DNA of 64,000 bases from an uncultured Verrucomicrobiae bacterium (GTDB taxonomy: Bacteria; Verrucomicrobiota; Verrucomicrobiia; Limisphaerales; UBA11358): NCBI GenBank assembly GCA_963845665.1, contig CAWJTA010000002.1:1251388-1315387 (forward strand). The letters run 5' to 3'. This document shows, piece after piece, positions 47,091-56,177 of this stretch (position 1 is its first letter; each line of letters opens with the position of its first letter). A program made the position numbers and the translations under genes. The notes below the pieces were generated by a model that was not told the origin of the DNA, did not search any database, and saw nothing but the letters and a program-made list of their open reading frames with translations.

Positions 47091-48430
47091 GCGGCAGCCT
47101 CCGTTTTCAGCGGTTCAACTTCATCCGCGCAGTAAAAGAAACGGTGGCCCGGTTGGCGCGCGATTCCCAGATCGCCACCCGGATCGCTTTCCAGGACGAC
47201 CGCCACATGAATCTGTCCCTCCAGATCCTGTTCGACCGCTTCAATGACGGCAGTTTTTCCCGACAGTATCAAATCAAACGCATCCGCCCGGCGTTTCGGG
47301 CGGATGATCACGCGGTCACCGTGCTTAAGTTCGGTTCCTGCGGCAGTCACAGTTCGCACGGGGTTCCCCGGATTGAAAAATTCTTCGGAAAGGACAGTCG
47401 GGTCGCGCATCGTACCGTGCAATTTCAAAAAATCATCGGCGGTTAACGCGTTGGTTCGTTCCAAAATGCGGCGCGAAACTTCCTCTGTCTGTATCTCCCG
47501 TTTTTCTTCATCCGACATCGTCAGCACGCGCAGGGCGAGCATTTCGTCGATTTCCGTCCCGTCAAAAAATTCCCCGACGCTTTCGGTCGCGATTTCAGGA
47601 TAGTCATAGAGGAAAATAGGCGAGGCGAGCATCGTCCGCCGGTCGTCCGCTGATTTATCACCCACTAAAACCGGCCAACAGCCGATGTGTTTGCACCCTT
47701 CGGCATAAGTTTTGAATTCCGGCGGGGTTTCCAATAACGATAGAAACTGGCCATTCTCCAGTTCCAGTGTGAAATGCGATGAGGCGAAGGTGTGCGGCAA
47801 AACCTTCTGTCGAGCGCTTAAATCCTCGATATCCGACAGGTTGGTCACCCGCACGCAAATCCTGAACAAGTCCTTTTGCAATTGCGTGATCCTGGCCTCG
47901 ATCCGGCCCTCGAGGAATTCCTGGCGACGCACAACAACGCCTGCAACCTGTCCTTCTTCATTTCTGATTTCTTCCCGATTTTCAGTTGGGGGAAAAGTAA
48001 AGGAAATGTTCGTGGCTTCCGAAAAATCGCGAACTCCGATCGAGACCGTCCGCTCTACGGCTTCCGTCCATGCCTGGAAAATGTTTCCCGCCACTTCCAA
48101 TAGAGGAACTTCTCTAAATTGCACTTTTTCCGTTTCAGCGTCTTTTCCGGGCACTTTTTCCATCGCACCGATGTTCCGCATGACCGGCTGCAAAAATCCA
48201 AAAGTAATTTTGAGCCGGGCCTGATGACCGGGCGCTCGAAACAAACACTCGGTTTGCATGGCGCAGGCTTCGGCGCCGTTTTCCTTCTCGGAAAATGCCT
48301 GCGGATAAACCCGGCCGAATGTGAAGCGTTCCCGTTGGTTTTTTTTCGATGAAGCCCGATAGGGATACAAGATGTAGCCTTCGTAAAGGACCGCATTCAC
48401 AATTTGTTCCAGCGCGCTTTTCATGCACAA
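47087..48430 (-). CDS. 447-aa protein of unknown function in the hydrogenase operon
   Basis: Translationally coupled on both sides (4-nt and 10-nt overlaps). I recognised no motif. The N-terminus is LYEGYILYPYR. Confidence 0.7.
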   Translation of the reverse strand: MCMKSALEQIVNAVLYEGYILYPYRASSKKNQRERFTFGRVYPQAFSEKENGAEACAMQTECLFRAPGHQARLKITFGFLQPVMRNIGAMEKVPGKDAETEKVQFREVPLLEVAGNIFQAWTEAVERTVSIGVRDFSEATNISFTFPPTENREEIRNEEGQVAGVVVRRQEFLEGRIEARITQLQKDLFRICVRVTNLSDIEDLSARQKVLPHTFASSHFTLELENGQFLSLLETPPEFKTYAEGCKHIGCWPVLVGDKSADDRRTMLASPIFLYDYPEIATESVGEFFDGTEIDEMLALRVLTMSDEEKREIQTEEVSRRILERTNALTADDFLKLHGTMRDPTVLSEEFFNPGNPVRTVTAAGTELKHGDRVIIRPKRRADAFDLILSGKTAVIEAVEQDLEGQIHVAVVLESDPGGDLGIARQPGHRFFYCADEVEPLKTEAAA

Positions 48431-49146
48431 GCCTCCTCTGTCTTCTTATCGAGCTCATCCTCGCCTGCCCGCCGCAGCTCTGCGGAGGGAAGCGAAGGCG
48501 GGTCCTGGCCTTCCTCTATCGTTCTTGAGAGCAATCGTTCGATTGTATTTTCCCAGGTAGCATCGCCGTTCGCCCGTTTGAAAGCATAGAGGCGATCAAA
48601 CACATCGCGTCGCATGCAGATCCACGCGCTATTTGGAAAATGTTCTTCCATCAGGTCTTTCCATGCCAAAACGGGCATGCGAAACACCGCCTCCTTGTTC
48701 CAGGAAATCGGCTGAGTCTGCACCGGGCCGTCTTTGGACGAATAAAAAATGGTTCCGCTGAACAGAAACAATAGCGGGATTTCCCCTCCTTCCAGGCCGT
48801 AAAAATATTTCGTGGCGGCTAAAGTGAGATCGTAAGTGCAGGGAACGGAAAGGACCGCTTCAATTTCACGCTCAAAAATTCCAACCGTAGTATTTGTGGA
48901 GATCCAGAGCCGATTCCGCAGTGTCTCGCCCCACCGTTCGGGCGTCCCAAAAAGTTCGAGCAGATTGTGTTTTTCCCGCGAAGTGTAAGGCCGGCGCGAA
49001 CATTGAATTTGAATTTGCGTTTGCAGCACTACAGCGCGTATGACCTCGTCCGTCGCGTTCGTGACAGCAACCCTGAATTGCAGCAGGGGCGCCATTCCCT
49101 TCGAAGCCGCGCAAACGGTAGTGACTTTGAAATCGAGATCAGGCAT
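48421..49146 (-). CDS. 241-aa protein of unknown function (resembles DUF6084 from memory)
   Basis: Coupled ORF with no TM helices and no cofactor motif. Confidence 0.65.
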   Translation of the reverse strand: MPDLDFKVTTVCAASKGMAPLLQFRVAVTNATDEVIRAVVLQTQIQIQCSRRPYTSREKHNLLELFGTPERWGETLRNRLWISTNTTVGIFEREIEAVLSVPCTYDLTLAATKYFYGLEGGEIPLLFLFSGTIFYSSKDGPVQTQPISWNKEAVFRMPVLAWKDLMEEHFPNSAWICMRRDVFDRLYAFKRANGDATWENTIERLLSRTIEEGQDPPSLPSAELRRAGEDELDKKTEEACA

Positions 49147-49801
49147 AGCTCATGCGCTCCCGTGTTGTAATATTCACAGCCCGAACGCTTTCCAGCCGTA
49201 ACCGGTCAAAAAAATTCTTTATTTCGCCCCATACCTTGTCGCCGCCGGACAACCCGTGCCAATTCTTTCGCACCAGGCCCGTCAACCGGTAGCAGACGTC
49301 TATCGGCACAATAAAGTAATCGCGCGATTGCCGGACCCGATTGATCAGCAGCGCCTGAACATCCGGTTGTAATTCCGCCAATTGGGAGTTGGCGGAAACG
49401 ATCGCGTGCCAGTTTTCCAGGGGCAGGAGCGATTCCATGGCGCCGGCGGGACTGGGATAGATGGCTGTGGGCCGCGCGTTTACGGTATCGAGAAATATGA
49501 AAACAAGTCCGATTGGAAAAGCCAGATTATCCCATTCGACATCAGTGATTTGGAACTCCGGCAAGGTCCGGCTATCGCGGGGGATTAACTTGAATCGGCC
49601 CTGTTGAACATCTTCAAATCTCAAGGCACAGGGATCACACACGCAAATGAGTTTGCGGGTCGCTGTTTCGAAAAGGTGCCGATGTTGCGAAAAAAGCGCT
49701 GCAGAGCAGAAGTCGCAGATTTCGCCGGATGCGCCCTCCCTGGATTTAGTCCGGGGCGTGGCAAAGCGCCGGAGCGTACCCAATGGAGAATTCAGCATCA
49801 T
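49139..49801 (-). CDS. 220-aa Cys-rich protein of unknown function (resembles DUF5947 from memory); first cistron of the hydrogenase operon
   Basis: CDFCSAAL-x19-CVCDPCALRF, i.e. CxxC...CxCxxC, a possible metal-binding knuckle. Confidence 0.65.
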   Translation of the reverse strand: MMLNSPLGTLRRFATPRTKSREGASGEICDFCSAALFSQHRHLFETATRKLICVCDPCALRFEDVQQGRFKLIPRDSRTLPEFQITDVEWDNLAFPIGLVFIFLDTVNARPTAIYPSPAGAMESLLPLENWHAIVSANSQLAELQPDVQALLINRVRQSRDYFIVPIDVCYRLTGLVRKNWHGLSGGDKVWGEIKNFFDRLRLESVRAVNITTRERMSYA

Positions 49802-50225
49802 ACGGCGTCATATCAGGCGGGTGGTATATACGGCATGCCGGCGACGATCGGGTCGCGCCGTTTGGCATTGATCCCGGTGGAATCGCGGGCAGTCCGATAG
49901 GAGTCGCCGTTGCCGCGTCCGGCTTCTTTTTCTTCCTGGCCATTTCCTCCCCTTTATGAATGCCACTGACATGCGCAGGAATTGGAGCTTTATTCATATG
50001 ACGGTTCAGTTAATTAAATACGGCAGTCCAGCGCGAACTATGCCATATGTCTGATTTGAGTTTCATCGGACTGGAGACGAAAAAGTAACGGATCCGCAAA
50101 TGCAAATGGCATGAGCATGAAGACGATTTGTTGCACATTGCACAGGATTTGTGGCAGGAACTCCGAATTTTTTTGCGCGAAAAGTTTTCCGGGCTGGCAT
50201 TCTAAATGCAGGAGCTTCCGGCGCT

Positions 50226-51299
50226 ATGCCGAGGGCCTTTTCCGCATTTTCAAATTGCGTTTCCGCGGCCTCTTCCAATGTAAGGAATGCGGTTCTGCTT
50301 ACGTACGCGGTGTTGGCCGCCATGAATATCGGAGCGTGGGCCTGGGCGCTGATCGCTTTCAACCATTATCCGCCGCTGTTGGGAGTTGCATTTTTGGCCT
50401 ATACATTCGGCCTGCGTCACGCGGTGGACGCCGATCACATTGCGGCCATTGACAATGTGACACGGAAGCTGATGCACGACGGGAAACGCCCTGTGTCCGT
50501 CGGGTTCTTTTTTTCCCTTGGACATTCAACCATCGTTTTTGGCCTGACGGCCGGCATTGCCCTTGCATCCATGCTTGCCAGCAAGTCGCTGCGCGTTTTT
50601 GAATCGTTTGGCGGAACGATCGGGACATGTATTTCCGTCCTTTTTCTGTCTGGAATCGCGGTGGCGAACCTTTTTATTTTGATTTCCCTTTATCGCGCCA
50701 TTCAACGGGTCAAAAACGGCGGCCAGTTTGTGGAAGAAGAAATTCACTCCATTCTGGCAAAACGCGGATTGTTTGGGCGTTTCTTCGGCAAATTGCTGCG
50801 CCTGATCGCTCACAGTTGGCAAATGTATTTCGTCGGATTCTTGTTTGGATTGGGATTTGATACGGCGACAGAAGTAGGGTTGCTTGGCATCTCCGCGGCG
50901 GAGGCGACGCGGGGCCTCTCCATTTGGTCCATTTTGGTTTTTCCCGCGCTTTTTACCTCAGGAATGGCCCTGGTGGATTCGACCGATGGCATCCTGATGC
51001 TGGGCGCCTACGGCTGGGCGCTCCTGAAGCCGGCCCGCAAGCTTCATTATAATATCACTGTCACATTCGTGTCGGTATTGGTCGCGCTGCTGATCGCAGG
51101 GATCGAAATCTTAGGCCTGATCGGCGACAGGTTTCTGACTCATGGGTTTGTTTGGAATATCGTCGGCTGTCTGAATAATAATTTCGCCGTCATTGGGCTG
51201 GCCATCATCGGAATATTTGCCGCGAGTTGGGCTGTTTCGGTCATCGTTTGCCGCGTCTGCCGCCCTGATGAGCTTCAGGCGCGCGGAACGACCGATTGA
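50226..51299 (+). CDS. hoxN: HoxN/HupN/NixA-family nickel(cobalt) permease (NiCoT)
   Basis: Signature motifs LRHAVDADHIAAIDN, FFSLGHSTIV and LGFDTATEV. The start is set at ATG 50226; the track uses GTG 50151. Confidence 0.85.
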   Translation: MPRAFSAFSNCVSAASSNVRNAVLLTYAVLAAMNIGAWAWALIAFNHYPPLLGVAFLAYTFGLRHAVDADHIAAIDNVTRKLMHDGKRPVSVGFFFSLGHSTIVFGLTAGIALASMLASKSLRVFESFGGTIGTCISVLFLSGIAVANLFILISLYRAIQRVKNGGQFVEEEIHSILAKRGLFGRFFGKLLRLIAHSWQMYFVGFLFGLGFDTATEVGLLGISAAEATRGLSIWSILVFPALFTSGMALVDSTDGILMLGAYGWALLKPARKLHYNITVTFVSVLVALLIAGIEILGLIGDRFLTHGFVWNIVGCLNNNFAVIGLAIIGIFAASWAVSVIVCRVCRPDELQARGTTD

Positions 51300-51378
51300 G
51301 CGCTACGGCGCCCTGGCGGCCAAAAAATAGTGGCCACGCAGTGTCGAAATTTCTTTGTCACGGCGCTATATTGAGCGC

Positions 51379-52494
51379 ATGTCTGCCGCCCTGGAGTGGT
51401 TTTGTGTTGGAGAAAAGGCTTTCCCGGCCATGCTCAATGCCATTGAAAATGCCCGAGATTCCGTGCGCCTGGAAACCTATACCTATTCAGATGGGAACCT
51501 GGGCCGGCTTTTTGCGGATACCCTTTTGGCCGCGGCCCAACGCGGTGTCCGTGTCTCGATACTCGTGGATGACTTTGGTTCATGGTCATTGCCGCTCAAT
51601 TACTTCGACCGGCATATCGCCGCCGGGGCATTGGTTCGCCGCTTTAATCGATTGAGTTTTTGGCGTTTTGCCGTGCGCGATCATCGCAAATTGCTCGTCT
51701 GCGATAACCGGGTGGCGTTTGTGGGCGGTTTCAATATTTCGGATGAATACGATGGCGATGGCGTTGCCTCCGGCTGGTGCGACGTCGGGGCTCGGATTGA
51801 CGAGCCGGAGCTTATGACAGCGCTGGCCGGATCGTTCGACGAGCTTTTTTCGTTTGCGGATCCGCGCCACCGGCCGTTGCGGCGCTTTTTTATTCGCCGG
51901 CAGAATGTTTTGCAATATAGCGATTCATCGTCAGGCCGTGCCGGTTTGAAGAAGGGATCGTTTGCAAAACTATTGCGGCGAGACCTCATTCGTGCGCGCG
52001 ACGTGCGAATCGTGAGCGCTTATTTTCTGCCGACGTACCGATTGCGCCGCGCGATGATGCGCGTAGCCCGCAGTGGCGGCCGCGTGCGCCTCGTTCTTCC
52101 CGGGAAGACCGACGTGCCCATTTCCATGCTGGCGGCGCGAAATTTTTACAAACGCCTTTTGAAGGCTGGCGTGGAGATTTATGAGTATGAACCGCAAATA
52201 CTTCACGCCAAATTGGTTTGTGCCGGGCAAGTGACGTATATCGGGTCGGCAAACCTGGATATCCGCAGCCTGAGATTGAACTACGAACTGGTCATCCGCT
52301 TCCAGGACAAGGCCATCGCCGCGGGTGCTACTGAAGTGTTTGACAATATTCTGGCTCGCTCGCGCCGTATCGAGGCTGAAACCTGGCGCCAGAAGGAGAC
52401 GTGGTGGCAACGATGGAAATATCGCTGGGCCAATTTCCTGCTTACGCGCGTGGACCCGTTCGTGGCGTTGCGACAATTCCGCGCGAAGAGATAA
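51379..52494 (+). CDS. Phospholipase D / cardiolipin synthase-like protein (two HKD motifs)
   Basis: HRKLLVCDNRVAFVGGFNISDEY and LHAKLVCAGQVTYIGSANLDIRS. The start is set at ATG 51379. Confidence 0.8.
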   Translation: MSAALEWFCVGEKAFPAMLNAIENARDSVRLETYTYSDGNLGRLFADTLLAAAQRGVRVSILVDDFGSWSLPLNYFDRHIAAGALVRRFNRLSFWRFAVRDHRKLLVCDNRVAFVGGFNISDEYDGDGVASGWCDVGARIDEPELMTALAGSFDELFSFADPRHRPLRRFFIRRQNVLQYSDSSSGRAGLKKGSFAKLLRRDLIRARDVRIVSAYFLPTYRLRRAMMRVARSGGRVRLVLPGKTDVPISMLAARNFYKRLLKAGVEIYEYEPQILHAKLVCAGQVTYIGSANLDIRSLRLNYELVIRFQDKAIAAGATEVFDNILARSRRIEAETWRQKETWWQRWKYRWANFLLTRVDPFVALRQFRAKR

Positions 52495-52503
52495 ACGCGA
52501 CGT

Positions 52504-53058
52504 TTAACCGACCTTGTTCCATTCCGCTTTCAATTGCCGCCGTTCGATCCAATCGATTAGTTCGGCGTGTTTGATCAACTCTTTGGAAACAGTCAGCATC
52601 GCGCGGATATCTCGCAGGTGTTTTTCTGAGCCGCCTTCTCGGTAGTATTCCAGCTTACGCAGGATGACGTATTCGGGCGGAGCGACCATAACAGGTTCGC
52701 CCTGGTAATCCATCTTTTGGGAATCGCCAAACGCCAATGCATCCAGGTCGTCCCGCCCGGCAATATAGAGATCCGCTTTGAATCCCGTATTTGAATGGAT
52801 CACATTGAATTGTCCTTTCCCCGGACGGGCCATTTCCGCAGCGATCACTTCGGGAGGTGGAACATAAAATTCCGGAGACGGAAAGACCTCATACAGCCGG
52901 ACAACGTCTGCCGGTCGGAGAAAAACGAGGAAATCCACGTCATTTGTCAGACGCGGCTCGCCGTAAAGGATCGAAGCCACACTTCCGCTGACAACATATT
53001 TAATGCCGAGCCGATTCAGGGGGCGGATGAATAGCAGGGCAAGTTCAGGTTCGGGCAT
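52504..53058 (-). CDS. Putative Pol-beta-fold nucleotidyltransferase-like protein (toxin-like partner)
   Basis: 184 aa. The N-terminal YVVSGSVASILYGEPRLTNDVDFLV fits the GS-x9-13-DxD minimal NTase pattern. Confidence 0.45.
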   Translation of the reverse strand: MPEPELALLFIRPLNRLGIKYVVSGSVASILYGEPRLTNDVDFLVFLRPADVVRLYEVFPSPEFYVPPPEVIAAEMARPGKGQFNVIHSNTGFKADLYIAGRDDLDALAFGDSQKMDYQGEPVMVAPPEYVILRKLEYYREGGSEKHLRDIRAMLTVSKELIKHAELIDWIERRQLKAEWNKVG

Positions 53059-53248
53059 TGCTGAAAATCTGCGTTACTTCGCGTGACACTCTTTCCTCCG
53101 ACCAATCGGGATGTTGCGAACGAAGCCAAGCTGTTTTCATACGACGAGCCGTCCAATAAAGCTGCTCGGCCAACTCCAACCGACGTCCTGGCGTCATTCG
53201 GCGGTAAATGGCAAACTGCTCAGGGCTGGTTTGTTCATCCGCAAGCAT
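53045..53248 (-). CDS. 67-aa helical protein, upstream partner overlapping the NTase-like gene by 14 nt
   Basis: ORF track entry. I recognised no family. Confidence 0.4.
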   Translation of the reverse strand: MLADEQTSPEQFAIYRRMTPGRRLELAEQLYWTARRMKTAWLRSQHPDWSEERVSREVTQIFSNART

Positions 53249-53271
53249 GAGGCCAATATGCTTCTCAGAAT

Positions 53272-56127
53272 TTAGCCAAGCAAGTTCTTTGCTTTTGCCA
53301 GCGCCTCGTCCAATTTGGTGGCGTCCTTGCCGCCGCCACGGGCGTTGTCCGGTTTACCGCCGCCTTTGCCGCCTACAATCGGCGCAATTTGTTGAATGAT
53401 CTTTCCGGCCTGGACCTTTGACGTGAATTCCGGCGAAACCGCAGCCACCAGCGAAACCGCGCCGCCTGACGCGCCACCTAAAACAATCACGCCTTTGAAT
53501 CTCCCTTTCAACGAATCCGCCACCGCCTGCAGAAAGTCGCCATCCACTCCGCCCACGTTATGGATCAGAGAGGGGATGCCATTCACTGCGGAAGAATGTT
53601 CCAGTAAGTTGCTTGCTACATTTGAAGCTTCGCGCATCGTGGCTGCACGCAAGGACTTCTCGAGTACCTTTTGCTGTTCCAGCAGCGATTCGATTTTCTT
53701 TTCCAATTCATGGACCGGCGAGTTCACTTTACCTGCAAGCGATTTGATCAGGTGCAGCTCCCCACTCGCCTGACGATATGCCTCAAGTCCAGCGACGGCC
53801 TCGATACGCCGGACGCCCGCTGCAATCGCGCTCTCGGCGGAAATGCGGAACAATCCGATTTCACCCGTGGCGCGCGTGTGCGTGCCGCCGCAAAGCTCCA
53901 TCGAATAGCCGTCCAATTCAGCCGCTTGACCGCCAATCTGAACGACGCGGACGACGTCGCCGTATTTGTCGCCGAAGAATTGCATCACGTCCTTGCGCGA
54001 TTTGACTTCGGCGTAGGGAACTTCCGTCCATGAAACGGCGGCATTCTCAAGAATCCGCTCGTTCACGAGTTTTTCAATGTCCGCAACCTGCTGCGGTGTG
54101 AGCGGCGCGCTATTGAAATCGAAGGTCAATTTTTCCGGGCCTACATAGGAACCTTTCTGTGAGGCTTCCCGGCTGACCACTTTGTGCAAGGCCCAATGCA
54201 TTAAATGCGTAACGGTATGGTGGCGTTGGATGGCGGAGCGACGATCGGAATCAACAGTCAAGGTCACGGTTGAACCCGATGTGGGAAGATCGCCGCTATT
54301 CTCAAGAATGTGCAGCCAGGTGTTCCCGGATTTCTGGGTATTTGTGATGCGCCAGAATTGCGCGCCGTGTTCGATTTGGCCGGTGTCGCCGACCTGGCCG
54401 CCCATTTCGGCATAGAATGGCGACACATTGAGAACGACTGCGGTTTTGTCTTTGAGCGAGACCGCTTCCAGAACTTTGGCATTGGTCGCAAGTTTCTCAA
54501 AGCCGACAAATTGTGTTGGCGCGGTAGTTTCGATTTGCGAAACGGTAATGACTTCCTTTTTCTGAGCTGCGCGACCGCGAGCTTTTTGCTCTTCCATCAA
54601 TTTTTCGAACTCTGCCTTGTCCACAGTCAAGCCGCGCTCGCGGGCCATGAGTTCGGTGAGATCGAGAGGAAAGCCGTAGGTGTCGTACAGTTGAAACGCA
54701 AATTCGCCGGAGATCGAAATATTCTCCGACGTTTGGCCCACTGCCTCATTAAATAGTTCAATCCCTCTGTCCAAGGTCTTGTTGAACGCCTCTTCTTCAA
54801 AACGAATCGTATCCTGCACGTGCTTCCGCTTTGCGCGGATTTCGGGAAAAACCCCGCCCATCGTTTCAACCAGCACGTCCGCGAGCTTATAGAAAAAGGG
54901 TTCATGGAAGCCCAGCGTGCGGCCATACCGTACCGCGCGGCGCAAGATTCGGCGGAGGACGTAACCACGTCCTTCGTTGCTGGGTTGGATGCCATCCGCA
55001 ATCGCAAAACTCAATGTACGGATATGGTCGGCAATCACGCGAAACGCGATGTCCAGGGCAATTTGTTTGGGAGAGGAAACGGCTTCCAGATCATCCGGAA
55101 CACCTTTTTCATCGCTGGCTGGTCCGGGATGCGCGGGTGTTTCCGGCACTTCAATGATTCTCCCCTGGCACTCACCGCTGGATTTGAGCGGCAAATCTTC
55201 TGATTGCGTTGGGGCGCCCGGGAGGGTGCTTTCGTATTTCCTTCCACTCAACTTTTCGAGTGCGTCAAAAATCGGGCGGAATATGTCCGTTTCGTAATTT
55301 GAAATTTTTGCGTGGGCAAAATCCTTCAGCCCTTTCGTTCCCTGGATGATGCTGGTGACGCGCTCGAATCCCATGCCCGTATCCACGTGCCGCGCGGGCA
55401 GGGGCGAGAATGTGCCGTCCGGATTTGCGTTGAACTGGATAAACACGAGGTTCCAAATCTCGATGCAACGGGCGTCGCCTTTATTCACGAGCCGGCCTTC
55501 GGTGCTGCCGTCGGGCGTCAAATCCACGTGGATTTCCGAGCATGGACCGCACGGACCGGTTTCACCCATCATCCAGAAATTGTCTTTTTTGCCGCCGTTG
55601 ACGATATGGATTTTGGGATCCAGGCCTACGCTGTTGAATTTCTCTGCCCAATAGTCCCAGGCTTCCTGATCGAATTCGCTTGGATCATTCTGCGTTTTGT
55701 CCGGCGCATAGACGGTCGCGTAAAGACGGCGGGGCGGAAAATTCCATTTCTCAACGATCAATTCCCATGCCCAATCTATCGCCTCTTTTTTGAAATAATC
55801 GCCAAAGCTCCAGTTGCCGAGCATTTCGAAGAAGGTGTGGTGATAGGTGTCCAGACCGACATCATCGAGGTCGTTGTGCTTGCCGCCGGCGCGAATGCAC
55901 TTCTGGGTGTCCGCGGCGCGGGTATCGCTGCCGGGGACGGCGCCAGCCCATTTGGAAACGTCCGCTTTTTTCTGGCCTAAAAAGATCGGCACGAACTGGT
56001 TCATGCCGGCATTGGTGAACAGTAGGTTCGGCGAATCGGGCATGAGCGAGCCGGAGGGAACAATGGTGTGCCCTTTCGATTTAAAAAAATCGAGGAACGA
56101 CTGACGGATTTGCGCGGACGTCATCAT
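53272..56127 (-). CDS. alaS: Alanine--tRNA ligase
   Basis: 951 aa with [24 protein letters not shown], the editing-domain HTVTHLMH motif, CGGTH and the C-terminal [15 protein letters not shown]. Confidence 0.95.
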   Translation of the reverse strand: [951 protein letters not shown]

Positions 56128-56156
56128 TTGAAACGGGCTGCAAATCTAGCAAAAAT

Positions 56157-56177
56157 TTTCGGCTCGGCGAGCCGAAA
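56157..56177 (-). terminator. Rho-independent terminator between rplI and alaS
   Basis: Perfect 9-bp stem TTTCGGCTC / GGC / GAGCCGAAA, flanked by A5 and T4-5 runs. Confidence 0.6.

Noticed and set aside
49746-49997. 83-aa ORF (or a 65-aa version starting MARKKKK after GGGGAGGAA) upstream of the hydrogenase operon
   Set aside because: It is low-complexity (Pro/Ala-rich). It would overlap the first operon gene by 56 nt, and the SD spacing to the internal ATG is only about 2 nt. It could be a leader peptide, but I cannot support it as a gene.
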